Assembly: GCA_035307565.1 (NCBI GenBank)
Contig: DATGHZ010000015.1
Span: 24,616 to 88,615 of the forward strand
Direction of reading: 5' to 3'
Length of the DNA stretch: 64,000 nt
From: a bacterium
GTDB lineage: Bacteria > Sysuimicrobiota > Sysuimicrobiia > Sysuimicrobiales > Segetimicrobiaceae
Of this stretch, positions 1-9,321 are shown piece after piece (within the stretch, counting starts at the first letter, position 1; each line of letters opens with the position of its first letter). Made by a program: the position numbers and the translations under genes. A model generated the notes under the pieces. The model was not told where the DNA came from. It saw nothing but the letters and a program-made list of their open reading frames with translations, and made no database searches.

Positions 1-237
1 GGCGCCATCGCGTCCCTGATCGACATCGCAGGGACCTTTGCCATGATCGCGGCGGTCGGCCACGACGTGATCACGGTAGACCTGCGGATCGACTACCTGC
101 GGCCCGTGCGGTCCGGCGATCTCGCGGGGACGGCGCGGCCCGTGCGGGTGGGCCGGTCGCTCGCCGTGGCCGATGTCGAAGTCGCCGGCGCGGACGGCAA
201 ACTTGTGGCGGTGGGGCGAGGTCTCTTCAAGCCTTAA
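1..237 (+). CDS. PaaI/4HBT-type hotdog-fold thioesterase, C-terminal part (5' end outside window)
   Basis: Frame is open from nt 1. The C-terminal sequence VDLRIDYLRPV...GRSLAVADVEV...GKLVAVGRGLF looks like a PaaI-family thioesterase C-terminus. Confidence 0.5.
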   Translation, partial: GAIASLIDIAGTFAMIAAVGHDVITVDLRIDYLRPVRSGDLAGTARPVRVGRSLAVADVEVAGADGKLVAVGRGLFKP

Positions 238-249
238 CGCGGGACGCCG

Positions 250-924
250 CTACGCGATCGTCACCACGCCGCCCGGCGTGTCGATCTCGACCGCGGCGAC
301 CCCGGCCGATGCCGCGCGTTCGATCGAGATGTTGAGGCCCTCCCCGAACAGTGTGCGAAATTGCGCCGCGGCGGCCGCCGGATCGGGATCGCCCAGCCGG
401 ACCGTCCGGATGCCGCGCGCCCGCGAGGGGTGATTGGCCGGCGCTTCGGCCGGGTGTTGTCCTTTCGGTACCTGCCACTCGATGACGAACGGCAGCACGC
501 TCGCGTCGCCCGGCGGCACCAGCAATTGTGTCCGCCACCTCAGCGTGACCCCGTCCGGCCGCTCGCGCGCGCCCGCCACCAGCGGGGCGAGCTCCAGGCC
601 GGATGCGCGCAGATGCCGGCGCAGGGCGTCGAGATTGTCGGTCCGCACCGCCCAGGTCGCGAAGGTCCGGCCGTCTTCGGTCGCGCGCGTGATGCGGCGG
701 GTCGTCGCCGACCGTTCGGCCTCGTCCTCGTTCACCACCGCAATCAACTCGAGGTACGACGATCCCAACGGGACGATCATGTTGGCCGTGCCGACGCCGG
801 GGTGGCGCCCTCCCTGGAGCGCCCGCAGCCCGTAGGCGGTTTCAAACCGGCGGGCCGCCTCCGCAAGATCGCGGACGGCGACGAGCACGTGATCGGTCAC
901 AACGCGGGGACGTTCCTCGCCCAT
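250..924 (-). CDS. VOC (glyoxalase/bleomycin-resistance/dioxygenase) superfamily, glyoxalase-like domain protein
   Basis: 224-aa ORF with N-terminal DHVLVAVRDLAEAARRF...YGL and two beta-alpha-beta-beta-beta-like halves. Third codon positions are high in GC. Confidence 0.55.
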   Translation of the reverse strand: MGEERPRVVTDHVLVAVRDLAEAARRFETAYGLRALQGGRHPGVGTANMIVPLGSSYLELIAVVNEDEAERSATTRRITRATEDGRTFATWAVRTDNLDALRRHLRASGLELAPLVAGARERPDGVTLRWRTQLLVPPGDASVLPFVIEWQVPKGQHPAEAPANHPSRARGIRTVRLGDPDPAAAAAQFRTLFGEGLNISIERAASAGVAAVEIDTPGGVVTIA

Positions 925-1067
925 GGCCGAACGGCGTTCTCGGTGTGCCGGCGGCAGTCCTTCGGGCAGGTGACGTGCGCGCCGGACTGAAGTGAGAGAG
1001 CCGCGGCCGGACGCCCCGGCAATGCCGCCGGACGGTGGACGCGCCGCGCGATGGGAGGGACGGGTGC

Positions 1068-2672
1068 ATGAGCAGATGGGTGGCCGCCGCGGTCGCCGCG
1101 GCGCTGCTGGCGTGTGCGGGTTTCGGCGCGGGACCGGCGCGCGGACAGGGCCCCGCGCAGGCGGTCGTCGCGATCTGGGGCCTGCCGGTCCGCATTCTCG
1201 GCAGCAGCGAAGCGGTGACCGGCTACGTCAACCTGCTCATCAATGATTCGCTCACGGCCGTTGACCCGCAGGGCACGGCGGTCGGGCGGCTCGCCGCGCG
1301 ATTTCCGGTCTCGCCGGACGGCAAGACGTATCTCGTGACGCTGCGCGAGGCCGCGTTCCAGGACGGCACGCCGGTCACCGCGCAGGACGTCAAGGCGAGT
1401 TACGAACTGTACCTGCATCCCAAATACCCGACGACCTCGCCCGCGCTGCTCGAGATCGCCGGCGCCTCGGACTACAAAGCCGGCAAGGCGGCGTCCGTCA
1501 CGGGCATCAGCGTCGTAAACCCGCGGACCGTGCGTTTCATCCTCAACCGTCCGTATCCGTTCTTCTACGAGCAGATCGGCACGCAGCCGATTCTCCCCGC
1601 CAAGGCCCTTGCCGGCATCGACGTGACGCGCCTGCAGGAATCCTCCTTCACGCGGAAGCCGATCGGTGCCGGCCCGTACCGCCTGGCCGACTGGCGGGAG
1701 CGCGAGAGCATCACTTTCGACGCTTCGTCAGGCTACTGGGGCGGCCGGCCCGCGCTGCCCCGGGTGGTGCTGAAACTGATCCCAGAGGACGCGACCGTGA
1801 TCGCGGAGCTGCGCGCCGGCAACATCGACGCGGGCCGCATCATCCCCGAGGCCTACCGGAGCTTCCAGCGCGAGGCGCAGGTCGCCGTCCTGCGCGTGCC
1901 CGGCGATACCTTCTACTGGTTTGCGCCTAACTTCCAGATGCCGATCTTTCAGGATGTGCGCGTCCGGCAGGCGATGGCGTTCGCGATCAACCGGCCGGAG
2001 ATGCTGCGCGCGCTGTATCAGGGCCTCGGGACCGTGGCACAAAGCCCGATCCACCCCAGCCTGTGGCAATATGACAAGGACCTCAAGGGCTACGGGTACG
2101 ATCCGGCCCGGGCCAAGCAGCTGCTGGCCGAAGCCGGCTGGACGCCGGGCCCCGACGGGATTCTTCAGAAGGGCGGGCAGCCGTTCAAAGTCAAATACGG
2201 CTTCCTCGCCGGCAAGGATTATCAGAACCAGGCGCTCCTGATTCAGCAGTACCTACGCGCGGTAGGCATCGACGTCGACGTGCAGGCGATCGAGCGGGGC
2301 GACTTCTTTGGGCGGTATTTCGCGCCGGGCGGTCCGATTGAACTCGTCGGCATCGCCTGGTTCAATCTGCTCTTCCCGCCGCAGTCCGAACTCGAGGACA
2401 ATTTCAAGAGCACCGGCAGCGGCGCCAAGGTCATCGCGTACAGCAACCCGGACATGGACAAACTGCTGGACGAGGCGATCCTCACGCGGGACCGCGCGAA
2501 GCAGCGGGCGCTCTACGCGCAGATCCAGCAGTTGGTGATTCAGGACGTGCCGCACGTGCTGACGGTGCGCCCGGACGTCATCTGGGGCGTGCGGAAGCGG
2601 TTCGTCCTGCCGGGCGGCATCGACTCGCTGCGCGGTTTCTTCGGTTCGATTCCGCGCTGGACCGCTCGGTAG
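1068..2672 (+). CDS. ABC transporter substrate-binding protein, family 5 (Opp/Dpp/Nik type), probable lipoprotein (cassette 1)
   Basis: ATG at 1068 lies 8 nt after GGGAGGG. Signal peptide with LLAC lipobox. Family-5 SBP-like sequence over the whole length (YRLADWRERESITFDA, GPDGILQKGGQPF). The ORF track begins at an upstream GTG (1035). Confidence 0.9.
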   Translation: MSRWVAAAVAAALLACAGFGAGPARGQGPAQAVVAIWGLPVRILGSSEAVTGYVNLLINDSLTAVDPQGTAVGRLAARFPVSPDGKTYLVTLREAAFQDGTPVTAQDVKASYELYLHPKYPTTSPALLEIAGASDYKAGKAASVTGISVVNPRTVRFILNRPYPFFYEQIGTQPILPAKALAGIDVTRLQESSFTRKPIGAGPYRLADWRERESITFDASSGYWGGRPALPRVVLKLIPEDATVIAELRAGNIDAGRIIPEAYRSFQREAQVAVLRVPGDTFYWFAPNFQMPIFQDVRVRQAMAFAINRPEMLRALYQGLGTVAQSPIHPSLWQYDKDLKGYGYDPARAKQLLAEAGWTPGPDGILQKGGQPFKVKYGFLAGKDYQNQALLIQQYLRAVGIDVDVQAIERGDFFGRYFAPGGPIELVGIAWFNLLFPPQSELEDNFKSTGSGAKVIAYSNPDMDKLLDEAILTRDRAKQRALYAQIQQLVIQDVPHVLTVRPDVIWGVRKRFVLPGGIDSLRGFFGSIPRWTAR

Positions 2673-2702
2673 GCCGGGCGCCGCGCGGCCGGCCGGCGGC
2701 CT

Positions 2703-3656
2703 GTGGGTACGTATCTGGTCCGGCGGCTGTGCGCGCTTGTCCCGCTGGTCTTCGGCATCACCGCGATCACGTTTGCGCTGCTCGTGCTGGCGCCGGGCGA
2801 CCCGGTGCTGTTCCTGATTCCCCCGGAACAGCGGGGCGCCGCTGATCTCGCGCAATTCCGCCATGAACTCGGCATGGACCGGCCGGTGCCGGTCCAGTAC
2901 GTGTCCATGATGGCCGATCTGTTCACGGGGCGCCTCCGCAGCTTCAGCGATCGGCGGCCGACGACGCGCCAAGTCGCCGAGGCGCTCCCTACCACACTGA
3001 TCCTCACGGTGACGTCCCTTGCGCTCACGGGGGCGCTCGCGCTGCCGATTGCCGTGGTCTCCGCCGTGCGGCCCTACGGACTGGTCGACCACGCGGCGAC
3101 CCTGTTTTCGCTGCTCGGGATCTCGCTCCCGACGTTCTGGTTCGGGCTCGTGCTGATTTATGTGTTCACAGAACACCTCGGCCTGCTGCCCGCGAGCGGC
3201 ATCCGGCCGACCGGGGCGGCGGGCTACTCGCCGCTCGTGATCTGGCGGTTTCTCGTCATGCCGACGATCGTGCAGGCGCTCGGCATTCTGCCGGTCCTGG
3301 TGCGCTATGCGCGCTCGTCGCTGCTCGACGCGCTTGGCGAGGAGTACGTGCGCGTCGCCCGCAGCAAGGGCCTGGCCGAACGCACCGTGCTGTTCAAGCA
3401 TGTCGCCCGCAACTCGCTGCTGCCGGTCCTGACCGTCCTGGCCCTGCTGCTGCCGTTCCTGCTGAGCGGTTCGGTCATCGTGGAGTCCATCTTTGCGCTC
3501 CCCGGACTCGGCCGGCTCGCCGTCAGCGCGGCGCTCTCGCGCGATTACCCGACGGTGCTCACTACCACGGCGATTGCGGGGCTGCTCGTCGTGGTCAGCA
3601 ACCTGCTCGCGGACATCGGGTACGTGTATCTCGACCCGAGGATCCGGCACGGATGA
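2703..3656 (+). CDS. ABC transporter permease, DppB/OppB-like (cassette 1)
   Basis: N-terminal YLVRRL...PGDP and EAA-loop EEYVRVARSKGLAERTVLFKHVARNSLLP. Multiple TM segments. Confidence 0.9.
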   Translation: MGTYLVRRLCALVPLVFGITAITFALLVLAPGDPVLFLIPPEQRGAADLAQFRHELGMDRPVPVQYVSMMADLFTGRLRSFSDRRPTTRQVAEALPTTLILTVTSLALTGALALPIAVVSAVRPYGLVDHAATLFSLLGISLPTFWFGLVLIYVFTEHLGLLPASGIRPTGAAGYSPLVIWRFLVMPTIVQALGILPVLVRYARSSLLDALGEEYVRVARSKGLAERTVLFKHVARNSLLPVLTVLALLLPFLLSGSVIVESIFALPGLGRLAVSAALSRDYPTVLTTTAIAGLLVVVSNLLADIGYVYLDPRIRHG

Positions 3657-3691
3657 GGGCCCGGTGCCGATGAGGCCCGCGGGCGGCGGCG

Positions 3692-4609
3692 GTGCCCGCG
3701 GCGATGGCTAGCCGGCCCGGCGCGCTCGGCGCGCCGGCGGCGTGGCCGTCCCGTTTCGCGGGAGCGCCGCGGACGGTCCGCCGCGGTCCGTGGGCGCGTT
3801 TCGTGCGTAATCCGCGCGCTCTCGCCGGAGCCTGCATCATGCTGCTTTTTCTGGCCGTGGCGGCGGCCGGGCCTCGGCTCGCGCCGTTTCCACCGGCGGC
3901 GCCGCACGTCCTCGACATCCTGCGCGCGCCCGGCGGGCCGTATTGGTTGGGCACCGATAATCTCGGCCGCGACGTGTTGAGCCGCGTCGTCGTCGCGTCG
4001 CGCGTGTCGCTCGAGATCGGGGTCCTGTCGATGGCCGTATCCATCGTCGCCGGCGTGCTCGTGGGAACCCTGGCCGGTTTTCTCGGCGGCCACGTCGACG
4101 GCGCGCTGATGCGGGTCACTGATGTGGTGCTGGCGATCCCCGTGTTCTTCCTCACCGTCGCCTTTCTCGCGCTCTTTGGGCCGAGCGTGGGCCGGCTCAT
4201 CTGGATCATCGGACTGACGGCGTGGCCGCCCACCGCCCGGCTCGTCCGCGCGGAGGTGCTCGGGCTGCGCGCGCGCGATTTTGTGACCGCGGTGCGGGCG
4301 ACCGGGGCGTCCAATGCCCGCATCATGGTCCGGCACCTGCTGCCGAACGTTGTGCCGGTGATCGTCATCTCGGCGACGCTGCGGGTCGGCCTCGCGATTC
4401 TCACGGAGGCGGGCCTGAGTTTTTTGGGGTTGGGGGTGCAGCCGCCGCAGCCCAGCTGGGGCAACATCATCGCCGACGGCCGCGAGTATCTCGGCGTCGC
4501 CTGGTGGGTCTCGTTCTTCCCGGGGCTCTGCGTGTTTCTGGCGGTCATGGCCTTCAATTTGGTGGGCGACGGCCTGCGGGACGCGTTCGATCCGCGGCTG
4601 CAGATCTGA
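3692..4609 (+). CDS. ABC transporter permease, DppC/OppC-like (cassette 1)
   Basis: WLGTDNLGRDVLSRV motif and C-terminal NLVGDGLRDAFDPR. Start uncertain (3692 or ATG 3704). Confidence 0.9.
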   Translation: MPAAMASRPGALGAPAAWPSRFAGAPRTVRRGPWARFVRNPRALAGACIMLLFLAVAAAGPRLAPFPPAAPHVLDILRAPGGPYWLGTDNLGRDVLSRVVVASRVSLEIGVLSMAVSIVAGVLVGTLAGFLGGHVDGALMRVTDVVLAIPVFFLTVAFLALFGPSVGRLIWIIGLTAWPPTARLVRAEVLGLRARDFVTAVRATGASNARIMVRHLLPNVVPVIVISATLRVGLAILTEAGLSFLGLGVQPPQPSWGNIIADGREYLGVAWWVSFFPGLCVFLAVMAFNLVGDGLRDAFDPRLQI

Positions 4610-4623
4610 GGAGGAGGCGATCC

Positions 4624-5808
4624 ATGGGGAGGACCATCTTGCGGGCGGCGCGCGTGTTCGACGGTCTCGGGCGCGGCGCCCCGCCGCGCCGGACCGTCGT
4701 GATCGAGGACGATCGCATTGCCGACGTCGTGGCCGACGGCGCGGTAGGGGAGGACGGGTCGGCCCGCACGATTGATCTTTCCGGCTGCACCGTGCTGCCG
4801 GGTCTGATCGATCTCCACGTCCACCTCGGCTGGGGCCCCCGCGCGGCCGTCCCGAGCGTCGCGGCCGTGGCCCTCGCCGCCGCGCGCAATGTCCGGGTCG
4901 CCCAGGCCGCCGGCATCACGGGGCTGCGGGACGTGGGCACGCAGGGTGGTGTGGCGATCGCCGTGCGCGACGCGGTCGCGCGCGGCGACCTGCCGGGCGC
5001 CCGCGTGTACCCCTGCGGGCAAATCATCTGCATGACCGGGGGGCACGGGTCGGAGCCGCCCGCGCCGCCCGGGCTCGCCCGCGAGGCGGACGGCCCGGAC
5101 GACTGCCGCCGCGCCGTGCGCGAGCAGGTCAAGGCCGGCGCCGACTGCATCAAAGTGACGACGAACGGGCCGCTGAACGTCGTGGAGTTCAGCCAGGACG
5201 AGCTGAACGCGCTGGTGGACGAGGCACACCGGCTCGGCCGGCGGGTGGCGTGCCACGCGTCGCTGCTCGAGTCGACCAAGATGGCGCTCCGGGCCGGCGT
5301 CGATACGGTGGAGCACGGCTGCGACCTCGATGAGGAGACGGCCCGCGCGATGGCCGATCAGGGCGTGACCATGGTTCCGACGCTGCTCGTCTCGAAGCTG
5401 ATCATGGACCGGTGGGACGAGTTCAAAGCGGTGCCGATGATGCGCTCGATTCCGGTGCGCGCCAAGCGGCACGTGGAGAGTTTCCAAATCGCCATGGCGG
5501 CCGGCGTGCCGATGGCGGCGGGGACGGACATCTTCTTCGGGCTCGACAGATTCGAATCGCTGCCGGACGAGCTCGTCTACATGGTGGAGTCCGGTATGAG
5601 CGCGACCGACGCGCTGCTCGCCGCGACGCGCCGCGGGGCGGAGGCGCTCGACGCGGGTGAGCGGCTCGGCGTCATCGCCCGCGGCAAACTGGCCGACCTG
5701 GTGGCGGTGGAGGGCGATCCCACGGCCGACATCACCGCGGTGCATCGCGTGGCCTTCGTCATGCAGGGCGGTCGCGTCGTGCGGAGCGGCGGCACGACCG
5801 AGCCGTGA
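4624..5808 (+). CDS. Metal-dependent amidohydrolase (imidazolonepropionase/Xaa-Pro dipeptidase-like family)
   Basis: ATG 4624 is preceded by GGAGGAGG. LPGLIDLHVHL (HxH), VACHA, VEHG and AGTD motifs. The upstream part of the 528-aa ORF overlaps the permease gene and is rejected. Confidence 0.85.
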   Translation: MGRTILRAARVFDGLGRGAPPRRTVVIEDDRIADVVADGAVGEDGSARTIDLSGCTVLPGLIDLHVHLGWGPRAAVPSVAAVALAAARNVRVAQAAGITGLRDVGTQGGVAIAVRDAVARGDLPGARVYPCGQIICMTGGHGSEPPAPPGLAREADGPDDCRRAVREQVKAGADCIKVTTNGPLNVVEFSQDELNALVDEAHRLGRRVACHASLLESTKMALRAGVDTVEHGCDLDEETARAMADQGVTMVPTLLVSKLIMDRWDEFKAVPMMRSIPVRAKRHVESFQIAMAAGVPMAAGTDIFFGLDRFESLPDELVYMVESGMSATDALLAATRRGAEALDAGERLGVIARGKLADLVAVEGDPTADITAVHRVAFVMQGGRVVRSGGTTEP

Positions 5809-6950
5809 CCGCGGTCCCGGATCGCCGGCACGATGCGGCGCCGGTGGAGCAGATCAAATTAAAGCGCGCCGGGGTGGGGCTGCGCGCCCACGATCTCCAA
5901 CGCGCCTGTCCGGGCTTCACCCTCTTTACGCCGCTCACCGGCGAGCGGACGGTGTACCTGATCGGCCTCGACGGCGGCGTGGTGCACACGTGGGAGATGC
6001 CGTACCCGCCGGGCCTCTACGGGTATCTGACCGACGCTGGCACGCTTCTCTACAACGGCAAGGTGCTCGATAGAACAGCCTCACGGTTCATCGAGACGCA
6101 GCCGTGGAAGGGCGGCGCTGTGCTGGAGGCGGACTGGCGCGGACGGATCCTGTGGGAGGTCCGCCACCCGGACCATCATCATGACGCGATGCGTCTCCGT
6201 AACGGCAATGTGCTCTTGTTGTGCATGGCTCCGATTCCGGCCGACCTGGCCCGTCGCGTCCAGGGCGGGCTGCCCGGCACCGAGCACCACGGCGAGATGT
6301 ACGGCGATTACGTCGTCGAGATGTCCACGGCGGGCGAGGCTGTGTGGGAATGGCGCAGTTGGGAGCATCTCGATCCCGAGACGGACCGCATCACCCCGCA
6401 GGACCGGCGGCACGAGTGGACCCATGCCAACACGGTCGCGGAATTGCCGGACGGCAACATCGTGCTGAGTTTTCGCGACATCTCGACGATCGTGATCGTC
6501 GACCGCCGCTCGGGCCGCATCGTATGGAAACTCGGTCCGCCGGCGCTGGCCCAGCAGCACGCGCCCTCGCCGCTGCCGAACGGCAACCTGCTCATCTTCG
6601 ACAACGGCACCCACCGGATCGATCATCCGGTGCCGCACTCGCGCGTCATCGAGGTGGACCCCGCCACCAAGGAGATCGTGTGGTCGTACCGGGAGCGGCG
6701 GCTCTTTGATTTCTTCAGCCCCTACATCTCGAACGCGCAGCGCTTGCCCAACGGCAACACGTTGATCTGCGAAGGCAACTTTGGGCGGCTCTTCGAGGTC
6801 ACGCCGGACGGGCAGGTCGTCTGGGAGTACGTCAACCCGTACTTTGCGAAGCCGGCCGGACAGCCCGACGCCGCGGAGCAGAATTCGGTGTTTCGCGCGT
6901 ACCGGTATTCGCCGGAGCGGATCGCGCTGGCCCGCAGCACCGCCGACTGA
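5805..6950 (+). CDS. Arylsulfotransferase (ASST)-like beta-propeller protein, no signal peptide
   Basis: GTG start overlaps the upstream stop (GTGA). Repeated (P/R)NGN-hydrophobic blades: RNGNVLLL, PDGNIVLSF, PNGNLLIFDNG, PNGNTLICEG. Confidence 0.55.
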   Translation: MTAVPDRRHDAAPVEQIKLKRAGVGLRAHDLQRACPGFTLFTPLTGERTVYLIGLDGGVVHTWEMPYPPGLYGYLTDAGTLLYNGKVLDRTASRFIETQPWKGGAVLEADWRGRILWEVRHPDHHHDAMRLRNGNVLLLCMAPIPADLARRVQGGLPGTEHHGEMYGDYVVEMSTAGEAVWEWRSWEHLDPETDRITPQDRRHEWTHANTVAELPDGNIVLSFRDISTIVIVDRRSGRIVWKLGPPALAQQHAPSPLPNGNLLIFDNGTHRIDHPVPHSRVIEVDPATKEIVWSYRERRLFDFFSPYISNAQRLPNGNTLICEGNFGRLFEVTPDGQVVWEYVNPYFAKPAGQPDAAEQNSVFRAYRYSPERIALARSTAD

Positions 6951-7065
6951 TTCGAGTGTGCTCGTTTGCGAGATGATCGCGCTCTTCGCGGAGCCCGCCG
7001 CGCGCCGCCGTGCCAGCTCGAGCATACCGGGGAGGAGCGTGCCGCACGGCGGCGTAGCCACTGGC

Positions 7066-8085
7066 ATGCGCATCGACGTCGCGACGCATATTCTCCCGGC
7101 CCGGTACTTTGCCAAACTCGAGGCAAAACCGGGCTTCTTCATGGCGAAGCGCGTCAAAGGCATTCCGTGCCTCGTGGACCTCGATCTGCGGTTCCGCATC
7201 ATGGACCGGTTCGGAGAGTACCGGCAGGTGCTCTCGCTCGCGCTTCCGTCGATCGACCGCTTGGGCCCGCCGGACGCCACACCGCCGCTTGCGCGCCTGG
7301 CCAACGACGAACTCGCCGAGTTGGTGGCGGCCCACCCGGACCGGTTCGCGGGCGCGTTCGGCGGCCTGCCGCTCAACAATCCCGACGCGAGCCTCCGCGA
7401 ACTCGAGCGGCTCGCCGGCCATCCCGCGTTCTTCGGCGTGCAGATCCATTCCAACGTCGCGGGGCGGCCGCTCGATGAACCGCCCACGCTCCGCGTGATC
7501 GAGGAGGCCGCCCGGCTGCGCCTCCCGGTCTTTCTGCACCCGGCGCGGTCCGCGGCCTTCGCCGATTACGTCAACGAGACCGAATCGCGTTACGATCTCT
7601 GGCAGATCTTCGGGTGGCCGTACGAGACGACGATCGCGATGGCGCGCCTTGTCTTCACCGGGTTCTTCGACCGCCATGCCGACGCCGTCATCATCACGCA
7701 TCATCTGGGCGGGATGGCGCCGCACTTCGTCGGGCGCATGAACGGCGGATTCGAGCAGTTCGGGACGCGCGGCGCGGAAGGCGAGACCGAGCGGCTGCCG
7801 GTCCCGCTCGCCCACCCGCCGGGGTGGTACTTCCCCCGTTTTTACGCCGACACCGCGCTCTTCGGGGCGGCTCACGCGATGCGCTGCGGCCTGGCGTATT
7901 TTCCGCCGGAGCGCGTGCTCTTCGGCAGCGATATGCCGTTCGACCCCGAAGGCGGGCCGCGGTACATTCGCGACACGATCCGGGATCTCGATGAGAGCGG
8001 GATCGCCCCGGAGCACCGGCGCATGATCGACGAGGGCAACTTCCGCCGCCTCGCCGCGGAGCGGACTCGGGCGCGCTCGGCATGA
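7066..8085 (+). CDS. Amidohydrolase-2 (ACMSD/decarboxylase-type TIM-barrel) family protein
   Basis: Begins MRIDVATHILPARYF, aligning with the family N-terminal IDxHxHxxP motif. The first His is Ala here. FADTALFG...FGSDMPFD near the C-terminus. Confidence 0.75.
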   Translation: MRIDVATHILPARYFAKLEAKPGFFMAKRVKGIPCLVDLDLRFRIMDRFGEYRQVLSLALPSIDRLGPPDATPPLARLANDELAELVAAHPDRFAGAFGGLPLNNPDASLRELERLAGHPAFFGVQIHSNVAGRPLDEPPTLRVIEEAARLRLPVFLHPARSAAFADYVNETESRYDLWQIFGWPYETTIAMARLVFTGFFDRHADAVIITHHLGGMAPHFVGRMNGGFEQFGTRGAEGETERLPVPLAHPPGWYFPRFYADTALFGAAHAMRCGLAYFPPERVLFGSDMPFDPEGGPRYIRDTIRDLDESGIAPEHRRMIDEGNFRRLAAERTRARSA

Positions 8086-8360
8086 CCGCGCCGCGCGCTC
8101 CGCGGCGGCGCCACCGGCGCGCGCTGATCGGGGCGGCGTTCTGCGCGATCATCTGTGCGGTGGGCGCCGCCGCCCGGCCGACGGGTCCGGCCGGCGCCGG
8201 CCTCAACCCGGCCGGCGCGGTGACCACGCGGACCATCCTCGACTGCGAGCGCTGGCTGCTCAACGAGCACCAGATCAGCGAGTTCGTCCCCGCCGCCCGG
8301 TTCGTGAACCCTTCGTACGCCGCGCACGCGGCCGCGGTGCTGGGCCCCGCGCCGCCCTAA
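8082..8360 (+). CDS. Hypothetical small exported protein
   Basis: ATG overlaps the upstream stop (ATGA). Third codon positions are very GC-rich. Arg-rich n-region plus hydrophobic segment RRRHRRALIGAAFCAIICAVGAAA. No family recognised. Confidence 0.45.
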   Translation: MTAPRAPRRRHRRALIGAAFCAIICAVGAAARPTGPAGAGLNPAGAVTTRTILDCERWLLNEHQISEFVPAARFVNPSYAAHAAAVLGPAPP

Positions 8361-8430
8361 CTGCGGCGCCCTTCGGCCGCCGGCGGTCCCTGACGCCGTT
8401 CGGCCCCCTGTCGGGGATCTTCCGCCGGCG

Positions 8431-9321
8431 GTGCGGCCGGCCGCTCCCGTGAAGCGCGTCACCCTGCTCGGCGCCGCGGTCCTGGACCACCGCGTCTGGG
8501 TCGATGAATGGCCGCCCGTGCGCCGCCGCACGCGCGCCACCGCCTACGTGGAAGACCTCGGGGGGCCCGCGGCCGTCGCGGCGGCCACCGTTGCCCGCCT
8601 CGGCGTGGCCGCGACGTTTCTAGGGCTGCGCGGTGAGGATGCCGCCGGCGCTCGCGTGGCGGGGTTCCTCGAAGCCTACGGCGCCGACACGCGACGCCTG
8701 ACGGTGTGCGTGGCGGCGACGACCGCGGTGTCGTCGATCGTCATCGTGCCCGGAGGGGAGCGGTTCATCGTCTCCTATCCCGGCGAAGGCCTGCGCGATG
8801 ACGCGCGCTGGGTCCCGGTCGATGCGCTCGACGACGCGGACGCGGTGCTCGTGGACAGCCGCCTGCCCCGGGCCGGCGCGGCGCTCGCCGCCGCGGCGCG
8901 GGCGCGGTATCTTCCGGTGGTGATGGATCTCGACGTCGATGCGCCGGACGTGTGGGCGCTGGTCGGGGCCGCGACCCACGTGATTGCCGATGAAGACCTC
9001 GCGAACCGGTTGGGCGGGGCTGAAGCCCTCCTCGCGCGGCTGACATCCGGCGGGGCATGGGGCGCTGTGACGCTCGGCGCCCGCGGGGCGGTGCACGCGG
9101 ACGGCCGGATCCCGGCGTTTCCCGTCAGGGCCCGCGACACGACCGGTGCGGGGGATGTGTTCCACGGTGCGTTCGTCGTGGCATTGGTGGAAGGGCGGCG
9201 CGCTGAGGAGGCCTTGATCTTCGCGTCCGCCGCGGCCGCGGTGCGATGCGAGACCGGCCGGCTTCCGGAGCGGCGCGCGGTGGAAGCGTTACTGGCGGCG
9301 AAGCCGCGAGGCGGCGACTAG
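8431..9321 (+). CDS. PfkB-family carbohydrate/nucleoside kinase
   Basis: DTTGAGDVFHGAF anion-hole/catalytic motif and ribokinase-like length. Its stop overlaps the convergent aminotransferase stop in a shared CTAG. Confidence 0.8.
   Translation: MRPAAPVKRVTLLGAAVLDHRVWVDEWPPVRRRTRATAYVEDLGGPAAVAAATVARLGVAATFLGLRGEDAAGARVAGFLEAYGADTRRLTVCVAATTAVSSIVIVPGGERFIVSYPGEGLRDDARWVPVDALDDADAVLVDSRLPRAGAALAAAARARYLPVVMDLDVDAPDVWALVGAATHVIADEDLANRLGGAEALLARLTSGGAWGAVTLGARGAVHADGRIPAFPVRARDTTGAGDVFHGAFVVALVEGRRAEEALIFASAAAAVRCETGRLPERRAVEALLAAKPRGGD

Noticed and set aside
3595-5745. 716-aa minus-strand ORF
   Set aside because: Antisense to the DppC-like permease and the amidohydrolase. No domain recognised, and the composition is typical of a GC-rich shadow ORF.
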